Source: Tubiluchus corallicola
Lineage: Eukaryota; Animalia; Priapulida
DNA length: 64,000 nucleotides
Direction: 5' to 3'
Assembly: GCA_030141605.1 (NCBI GenBank)
Contig: JAQGDQ010000036.1
Span: forward strand, 124,001 to 188,000
This document shows, one piece after another, positions 55,301-64,000 of the stretch; position 1 is the first letter of the stretch; each line of letters starts with the position of its first letter. The position numbers and the translations under genes are program-made. Under the pieces are notes generated by a model. The model was given only the letters and a program-made list of their open reading frames with translations, had not been told where the DNA came from and searched no databases.

Positions 55301-56061
55301 AAATGCCTGCTATAAGTCACAGTATCCTATGTGCCAAGAATGACTGAAGCTAGTTATAATGGTTCATATGATTCTTACTGTAACCTAATTTAAATAGCTC
55401 ATATTGCGACTTTTTTGTCGGGCAAGAAAAACATGACACATGGTGCATGCTCGAAATGAATTCAGAAAGTTATTGAGCTGCATTGACCACATATGTGAAC
55501 AGGATGATCAGGATCAAAGTTACCACGTAAAACAAATTCTAATTCTGCGGGAACTTCTAAATCTAATCCATTAAGGGTTTTACCCTCTCAGTTCAAATGC
55601 CTGGGCATTCATTCATTCAACTGCCAATGTCAATTTTAACTCATTTCGTTCAACACATTGTGCCAGTATGGACTCCCGAGAACCGTTATTGTTCACATGG
55701 GCGGTGGGTCTGAATAGAGGTAAAGCAATCTTCATAATGAACAAGGCACTTAACTACAAGCTGCAGTAAATAAACCAACTAACCACAAAAGCGTATAGGA
55801 TCTAACCAATATCATGTACGTAGCCATTAATGCACTATCTATATGTTTTAACCCTAATACAAAATTGTATTTATAATAGACACCTAAGCTACGTACTGTG
55901 TACATTACCTATTACAAACTGTTTAGAGTAGCTTATAGCCAATCTCTGACCAGTCAACAATTTGATAATATATTACATGCTTCCGTCGTAATAGTCTATG
56001 AGTTGTCAACATTTATCTCTTAAAAAGTTTTTAAAAATGAATAATGAATGAAATATCTTAC

Positions 56062-56120
56062 CTCTCCACACCAGTGTTTACACAATGAAGGACCAACCAC
56101 ATCTTGACAACAAGTTGGGA
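56062..56120 (-). CDS. RECK: RECK exon, 59 bp, start of CC1 (xPTCCQDVVGPSLCKHWCGE)
   Basis: Acceptor actttacag, donor GAG|gtaaga; phase 1 to 0; CC..C...C pattern joins the next exon in frame. Confidence 0.85.
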
Positions 56121-57048
56121 CTGTAAAGTATATAAAAATATAATAAAATACATATTAGTAATACGTAAGCCATTTTGCATAATTTTCAGTTTCAAGAACC
56201 TTTAAGATTTAAAAAAGAAATACTGTTAAACATTTCAATACGATATAGTATTTTGAGATAACAAACAGTGTCCAGTATCTATACTTTTAAAATAGATGAG
56301 CTTACATACATTATAAAGCTGAACATTTAACAGTATTTTCAATCAAATACGCTTACATTTTGCATTTTCTTGCATTACTCATTTTTAAATTGCACCATTG
56401 CAATAACCCTAACAATAAACAATTTACTGCAAGTTAGGGAGTAAAACTTTAACCATAACATATTCTTAGTGATACCAAAATGTACAACTTTTGCTTCTTA
56501 AAACACCATTAAATTTTTCAGTGGGTCATGAACTCATGATTCACCATGGTGAGAGCATTTGTGTACAACTATAGAAACTATGGTCATTATCAACGCGTTT
56601 TACAATTTTGTAGGCATTTCTTATTATTTTGAGGTCTGACTGCTATCTAGCCAATATTCAGTATTCATCAGTAGCCAGTGCCTGACCAGTCTGACCTAAA
56701 TCTCTGAGAAGGAAATCTGGATAATCTGCTATGTGGAGACAGTGAGCTGCTGACAGTGAAAGATTTGTTGACTGCTGGGTACATGTGTTTCTCATGCAAA
56801 GGACTCACATACCAAATTCATACATAACATACTATACCAATATATAACACAAAATTTATAGTATTAAAAAAGAATAATTCTTCGGCTATCCAAAATACTG
56901 GAAAAGAATGGAAAATGTTGAATGGCGTACTTAAATTTGTATATTAAGAAGAAAACTAAAAACCTTTCAACCCAGGATTTCTAAGAAAAATGTCATTACA
57001 TTGTTTTAGAATGTATAAAAAATCTAAGCCAATACAAGCTGAAGATAG

Positions 57049-57074
57049 TATATATATATATATATATATATATA
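57049..57074. repeat. (TA)13 microsatellite
   Basis: Directly visible. Confidence 0.95.
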
Positions 57075-58769
57075 ATTTGCTGCACTATACTCGGGTATTA
57101 TTTTAAATTCTGCATCGTACCACATCTTCTTAGCCTTAATAAAGACAAAGGCATTCTAGTAATCTCCAGTAACAAATATTCATTTAAACGTCATGTCTAA
57201 ATCCTAATACAAATATCATAACTATTATTGATACCTTACAAATAACTTTATAAATATGCATAAAACAATTCAAAAACATTTTTGTTGCTTCACTGAGTGT
57301 TCTTTTTCATGTAAAGAAAACTGGAAGGGTATTCATTTTGTTTTACAATAATTTATATAAAGCCAAGATGCAGTAAAATAGACCTGCAGAAAGATGCAGA
57401 AAAACTAGATGTTTGTGAACAAAATTAAAGGGAAGTGAGCTACTTTGCACATTAAGACAAATCTTTTTATGGTACACGGATAAACTTTCTTTGATTAATA
57501 GATCTCAGTTATTTGCAGCTTTGGCCACAGTGCTGACATTATTAAACGTCCAACTACTTTAAACGTTAAGAATGTATGAATATCTGGATATTTCATCTAG
57601 AACTGGCAAGAAAGTGAAGAAACTAAAGTCCTCTCAATCTAGCATTCACGATCATATTTGTGTCTCTCACCTCGGGACTGCGGCCAAAGTTAACTGAGAC
57701 CTATTAATAAAAAAATTCGTCTACGTGCCCCAACAAGCCTTCTTTTAATGTGCATTGTAATTAGTTCCTCTACTTTGCTTTTAAACATCTAGTTTTATTC
57801 TATAAATGAAATTGCTAAGCAAACCAATCTACTACCTTCAGTTTATATTTTTTCTACATACATTTCCACGAGCGAGGCAATTACTTTAGAGTAAGTTTGT
57901 GCTATTGCAACAAAACAATTTAATTTCATACCTTGTCCTTTTACATGGATGAGCAAAAATAGTTGAATATGCACAATAAACGTTAACCTCATGTCTTCGG
58001 ATAATCCACGCGTCCCCACGATAGAATCATGACTGAACTTTTACTTGAATTTCTCTTCCAAACTCGACATACTAAGTTTACGCACGAGGGCAGATCTGTG
58101 AACCTCCCGCTGAAGAAACTGTCAATTAGAGGTTCACTGGGGATTTCGGAAGTGAGAACGTGGCGGATTTCGGAAGAGAGCAGTGCACCTGCTATGCGAT
58201 AAGAAGCATATACCATAACCTCGAATAGCTTTCTGAATTTATGACTTCTTTCGTCCAATTTGGAGCCTATATGCAAGGTTGCAATTGTCTGGATTTCACT
58301 AAATTAAACAGAATAAATGTAAACGTTCCTTAACAATAACATGCAAAGTAAAATAAAGAACTACGGAAATTACTCTAACATAGCTAACTTCAACAGATCC
58401 CAATAAATTTTCTAATGGCATTATTATAAAAGCTTCATAGATTTAAGGGAAATACTAGATGACCCAACATTGCTCTAGCTAATACCACGATCATCATAAC
58501 AGCTTTTTTAACCGAAGTCAACTGTCACCCAATCAGTAATTTGAATACGTTGGTAGCATTAATTTAAGTCAACTTATAAGCTCTGTAATCTGTCTAGAGG
58601 GATTGGCTTGGCTAACTTACACTAAGTTAAACCAGTTTCCTAATAATTTGAAATTATTACACGTGATCACAGCCACTGCAAATTACTTACACAAAATGCA
58701 AATTAGAGGGCTCGCAACAGAGGCACAATGCACAATTCATTATAAATTCTCCTGTTTTCGTACGCGGCA

Positions 58770-59822
58770 GAGGTGAGCAAACCATCATCATCATCAATGA
58801 ATCATACGTCCAGGGACATGATTCTGCTCACCTCTCTATGCCAGGACTCCTTACACGCTGCAATGCCCCAATAGAATCAATGCTGAAGCGTTTAAATCTT
58901 TCTGTGCAAAATCTAAGTATGTTAAGATTTGTCCTCCTGCAGGTTTTTTAGCTGGTTCTATGGCTTGTTCTTCACTATCTTCACTGGAACATCAGCAGGT
59001 AGTCTAAGCATATGCCCAATCCAATCCCAATCCGGCGTCTTTTTCTTGTCCAAGGTTCTTCTTTTATTTCTTCATATAGATCTTTGTTTGAAATTTTCTT
59101 TGGCCATCTAATACCCAAAATGTTTCTGTATTTTCGCCTTTGAAACACATCGATTTCAGCTTTATGAATTGCTTTAATGTCCAGAGCTCAGAGTTATACA
59201 GAAATACAGTTTCAACTAAGGCTGAGAATATTCTAATTTTTGTTTCCAAAGAAATCTTCCTATTTTCAAAAACTATTGTGAGTTTTGAGTAAGCTGATAG
59301 CCATTATCTTCCGTCTTGATATGTCGTCCTCTGTTGCCAGCAGACTACCGAGATACTTGCATCTTTGCCATGATTCATCACTATGGCGTGTTATATGAAA
59401 CTCTTCAGTTTTATTTTTGTTTACAACAAGATCCATTCTGTTCAGTTTCTCCTCTATTGAGTTTTTTATTTCATCTACTTCTTCTTTGTTTCTTGTAATC
59501 AATGCCACATCATCAGCATACTGCATTGATATCGTAGTTGACTTACTTTGTAGAGAGCTGTAACTGTGTTCTTGTTTTACTTCATTCGGTATTAATTCAG
59601 GATCAAGAATTGTGTAGTTGTGATCTTCTAGGTCTTTCAATGGTATAACTTTGTCCTCAGTGAGAGCTATGGCAAGATATAAAGTAAAAAGTACAGGGCT
59701 TAGACATTCACCCTGAGGTACTCCTTTGTTTGTAGAAAATGGCTGACTCAATTTCCCTTCACACCTGACTTGAATTAATAGATTTTCTAACATTATACTT
59801 ATGATGTATATTTCGTCAGTTT
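58770..59822 (-). mobile_element. 5'-truncated, frameshifted non-LTR retrotransposon (RTE-like LINE) reverse transcriptase fragment with its 3' end
   Basis: GVPQGECLSPVLF, QYADD, KYLGS, RIFSALVETVFLYNSELWTL; C-terminus ...KESWHREVSRIMSLDV* with stop at 58802-58804, followed by a short (TGA)n run. The clade assignment is tentative. Confidence 0.9.
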
Positions 59823-61379
59823 CAAGGTGCGCAAACCGCGGAATGCGGACTCGCAGACCCAAGTTCGGCAACGTTTTTATGGGAAGTCCGGATTGCGGAG
59901 TGCGGAACTAAGTAATTTCTTAACTATTGTTCGCGGACCCAATAGCCAGATACGTAAACCGTGCAATGTCCAATTATTTTTAGCTCTTTTCTAATAATGG
60001 GGCATATTTAATTGTTTAGTGACTGATAATGATTAGCAGTCTTCGACTGTTGACGTTTGTATTGTATGTGTGCATTACCCAAAAGCTCTTGTTTCATCCA
60101 TAGCTATGGGTGTGATTTCGCTGCTTTATCGCGCTATGCAAGGCAACTGACCGAGTAGTACATTAATCGGCCGATTGGAATACTCTGAGATTCGTAAAAT
60201 TTGATAAAGGAATTATTAATTTTATACTGTGAGATTGAATGTGAATGTGTAGCCATGACGAAGTGATGAATTATTTTAACTTAAGAATGACTGGCATGAT
60301 TGTTCAGCAGTATACCAAAGAAGGAAAGTTCGTCATTTTGTCATTCTGGAAAAACCTACACTGTGTTGCAAAACTGATATTTGGTGTCCTGTTCGCCAGC
60401 ACCATCTGAACGACTGAACGTGTGTTCAGCTTAAATGGGCATACTTTTAACAACGGGAGGACAAGATTATCGCTTTAAGTCCACAAAATTTGGACAGAAT
60501 CTTATTTTTAAACAGCAAGCGAAAGTGACCACTCACTTGTAAGAAAGGCCAGTTTTTAGCGATTTGACTGTTGTAAAATCAAAGGGATACAAATTTCAGT
60601 TCAGTTTTGCATTGTCTTTCCTCTCTTAGTCACATGCGAAGGGTAAAATTTAGTTCCCATTGTTTATTGTTTATAGTGCTATTTGCATGCGTTTTTAAAT
60701 TATAGTGGTGGCAGTGACAGTGAACGTATGATGATCATGCTGAGTGGTGTTCATGATGTTAATGATGGTTGTTGGTGGTGGTGATGGTCATTGTTTTGGT
60801 AAAATGAAGCTGACAAAACAAGTAAATGACGACTAGATGTAGCTACTGCTACTCCTGTCGGTGATGATTACAATGATGTTCCTAGAGTTAGAAAGGTGAT
60901 GCACTTCAGCTCATGATGAGGTGATGACGGTGACACAATGTGATTACTCATCTCTAGTATACAGACATTTATTTATTACCACATAAAACCCATAAATCTG
61001 TAAAATACAGATCACAGTTTTCGACTTCACTAGGTCAACTTTAATTTCTTGTTATTATCATAATTACTTTTAATTTTATTAGGCTTAAAGTAATTTGTAG
61101 TGCTAGTAATAATTTATAAAACCTGCCAGCCAGACTTCAGCTAGTTTATTTAAAAGACGAGAGAATTATACTGCGATCTTTTTATTGCCTCGATAACTTG
61201 GCTTCATGATAAGACATATTTAAAGTTTAGGCTTGACATAATCATTTATATATACTGTCCTCGCTGATCTAGCGGATCGCGGATCTGACGATTTCATACG
61301 GCCGCGCACCATTCTTTTGCAGACCTGAAGATGCTCGGTCCGCGAATCTGGTACGCGGCAAAGGAACCTGTGCGTCTTG
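59823..61379 (+). mobile_element. Non-autonomous, internally deleted hAT-superfamily DNA transposon
   Basis: Starts exactly where the LINE RT frame breaks; imperfect ends CAAGGTGCGCA / TGTGCGTCTTG; GCGGA/TCCGC subterminal repeats at both ends; internal hAT C-terminal remnant. No TSD seen, right boundary uncertain. Confidence 0.7.
60335..60528 (+). pseudogene. Remnant of a hAT transposase C-terminal dimerization domain (ZBED1-like)
   Basis: Frameshifted translation LSFWKN.LHCVAKLIFGV...ERVFSLNGHTFNNGRTRL..LSPQNLDRILFLNSKRK* follows the hAT pattern W...A...P.S...ERxFS..G...R.RL...L.FL. Confidence 0.8.
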
Positions 61380-61849
61380 TCTATTACGATGCTATTAAGA
61401 ATCGTACAAAAGGTCGTATTCTAAGCCTAAACAATTTTTAAGATATTTTTGCAATAAAATGAATAACTGAAATTGGAATTTAATTAACCGAATCTCTAAA
61501 ATTAAATCTTAAGGCTAATGGATATTTTTCACCAAGTTTTAAACTTAGTATTACCCTTAGTAACTCAGTATTATCTTCAATGATCTTATCAGACTAAATG
61601 CATGTAGAATTGCCATTACCTTAAACAGCATGCCACTTCAGTTTGTTTGAAACTATCTAACACAACTTAAAGGAAAACAGAAGATTTTTCAGATCCTAGC
61701 CCATTTTGAAGTGCGATAAATCACCTACAATCTTATCAAAGAAATTTAATTAGCAGACGGTGAGCACAGTCATACATTAATCATACACAGTCAAACATGA
61801 CGTAGAAGGAACATGCACACTGCACATCCACTAAGGCCAGAGGAAGGTA

Positions 61850-63920
61850 ATGTTGCTTCCACGGATGCTAAATGCCTTGCAAAATTATTTCGCTTCCGTC
61901 TATACTAATGAGAATTTAGCACATATCTCGAGATTTCTACAGCGAACAAATGTCAAACTTGCTGTTAGACTGATAAACTTTTGGTGATGAATTATATAAC
62001 AAAATAAATTCTCAAAAGACTTATAAATCTACGGATCCTCATCAAATCCACACCATCCGCACACAATAAGGATGTCCTGATGAAGACCCTTCTGTATAAT
62101 TATTATGAATAAGTCCTGATGAAGCAACCAGGGGCGGAACTAGGGGGGAGCGAGGGGGGCGCGCGCCCCCTTTGTCAAAATTTGCGCCCCCTCCCTGCAA
62201 AATCGGACAATTTTTTTTGCAGTGAAAACTGCAGTTCGCATGTAATCATTTTCAATATGAATTAGAATTAGGTAAAAAAATGTTTGGTAGCTTCAGTGTA
62301 TTATTTTCTTAAAACTTGTGTGTGATAAATTTCTGTAAATAACAATTTAGTTAGAGGCACATTAATAACGTTAGGTTAACTGAGAGTTAATTTTCTCATT
62401 ATTGCTCTGTCCGCTACGCTGTCCTACACACGCTAATTATAGGCCTGCATGCAGTATAAAAGGGGTTAAAATTGGCTTAACCATTATTTAACCACTTCGG
62501 ATATCTCGCCCCCCCCCCCAGAAAATTTTTGCGCCCCCCCCCCCCTGCTTGCCACATCTAGTTCCGGCCCTGGAAGCAACTTCTCTATAATTATTATGAA
62601 TAAAAGTTCGGGAGAAGGAAACATTCCAGCGAACTGGAAAACTGCATATGTAACAGCAATTTTCAAGAAACGAAATAGGAACATGTCAAAAAACTACAGA
62701 CCTATTAGTCTAACATCAGTCGTATGTAAAATTCTTGAGGCTGTACTTCAAGACAGAATTATCAATCACCTAGAAGAAAATAACTTATCTCTGACAACCA
62801 ATATGGTTTCAGGGTAGGAAAATCATGCCTAATCTCTTGGAAACTATAGGGGACTGGCTAGAAATCCTTGATACTGATGGAAAAGTGGATGTGATCTATT
62901 ATGATTTCCAGAAGGCATTTGAGCATGTCCCTCATGAAAGACTTCTATATAAACGTCAAGCATGTGGTGTTGACAGTCACTTACTGAGATGGACTGACAG
63001 TTTCCTCTAAGACAGAATGCAATCTGTGGGACTAAATGAGTGCAAATCATGATGGAGATTAGTTACAACTGGCATCCCACAAATTCACAATTTTCATTAA
63101 CGATTTACCCGGCACATTAATTTGTGGAAGCAAACTATTTCCTTGTGCTACCAAAATATAAGACACAGTAATAACCATAGAAGATCAAGATCATATGCAA
63201 ACTAATGTAGACTCTACAGATAATGGGTGCAGAACTTAGCAAATGATTTTTAATCACGACAAATGTAAAGTTACAAAAGTTGGCAAAGTTCCAATGATTC
63301 CCTATAGATCATGACACATAACAGTAATCTCAGATCAAGTGAATGTCTATGAAGAAAAAGACCTTGGTGTTACTGTGGACAAGTTGCAGTTTACAAGTCA
63401 CATTCATGATATTATTGCAAAAGACACATAGCATATTAATGCCAATAAAATGTAACTTCAGACATTTGGATACTGGTATGCTGATTAGTCTTTACAAATC
63501 ATTGTAAGGCCTGTCTTAAACTAAACTGAAACAATTTGGAATACTTCCAGGAACATGAAACAATTCCTGAGCTTGAAAGCATTCAGTGATGAGCTACTAG
63601 AATGATTTCAGGGATTGCTGGAAGATCCTTCCCTAAAAGGTTACGACACTTAGGACTTACTAGGCAAAAAATGACAAAGACATTCGGAAACCTTAAGGGT
63701 ATAGATTGGATTGCCAGAAACTGTTTGAACTTCAGATCCATCGGAGAACAAGACAGCATTCACCTAAAATAAATAAGAAATTTGTTTCCAAATGGACAAG
63801 AAAACAAAATTTCTTTGCAGCTCGTGTTGTAAATGCTTGAAACAATGTAGTAAGTGCTTCTTCAGTTCCAGTTTAAAGCTCAATTAGAAGTTCTGGGCCA
63901 ATCACCCTGAGAAATACACT
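61850..63920 (+). mobile_element. Decayed CR1-like LINE, ORF2 RT region (many stops and frameshifts)
   Basis: NALQNYFASVYT, WKTAYVTAIFKK...NYRPISLTSVVCKILE, VDVIYYDFQKAF..VPHERLL, TGIPQ, FINDLP, EEKDLGV, FFAARVVNA; boundaries approximate. Confidence 0.9.
62129..62572. mobile_element. hAT-type MITE inserted in the CR1 remnant
   Basis: 15-bp TIRs CAGGGGCGGAACTAG / CTAGTTCCGGCCCTG (1 mismatch), perfect 8-bp TSD GAAGCAAC at 62121-62128 and 62573-62580, G/C-run subterminal motifs. Confidence 0.93.
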
Positions 63921-64000
63921 GATCCTAGACTTCCCCAGTGCCAGTAAGATGCATGGATTATTGAGGGAACCTGGCACTTCTTCATGGTGCAAAAACACAA

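Noticed and set aside
57670-57700. 30-bp AG..GT-flanked segment as the missing RECK first exon
   Set aside because: The frame needed to join the 59-bp exon contains TAA, and there is no signal-peptide sequence.
59266-59871. 201-aa ORF as an intact gene
   Set aside because: Chimeric: the first ~16 codons come from the hAT terminus and the rest is a truncated LINE RT that frameshifts downstream.

Overview
AT-rich animal genomic DNA, most likely an invertebrate (the taxon cannot be fixed from sequence alone); it is not prokaryotic, so most entries in the ORF track are spurious. The window is dominated by one minus-strand gene, an orthologue of RECK (reversion-inducing cysteine-rich protein with Kazal motifs). 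Ten coding exons with GT-AG boundaries splice in frame from 56120 down to 1165 and cover the five N-terminal CC cysteine-knot repeats and the start of the Frizzled-like cysteine-rich region. The signal-peptide exon and the 3' exons were not found in the window. The four 5' introns are very large (23.4, 4.8, 14.8, 9.4 kb) against 0.1-0.6 kb for the 3' introns. By eye they keep CpG, have few coding TE remnants, and carry TAAT clusters and CTCF-like motifs, which suggests a regulatory landscape. The last ~5 kb is a TE nest: an RTE-like LINE fragment (-), a deleted hAT element, and a decayed CR1-like LINE (+) carrying a hAT MITE with an 8-bp TSD. No clearly new system is proven. The best leads are conservation of RECK's Wnt7-related CC4 motif without the GPR124-binding CC1 motif, the possible regulatory-block introns, and a miR-34-seed hairpin.
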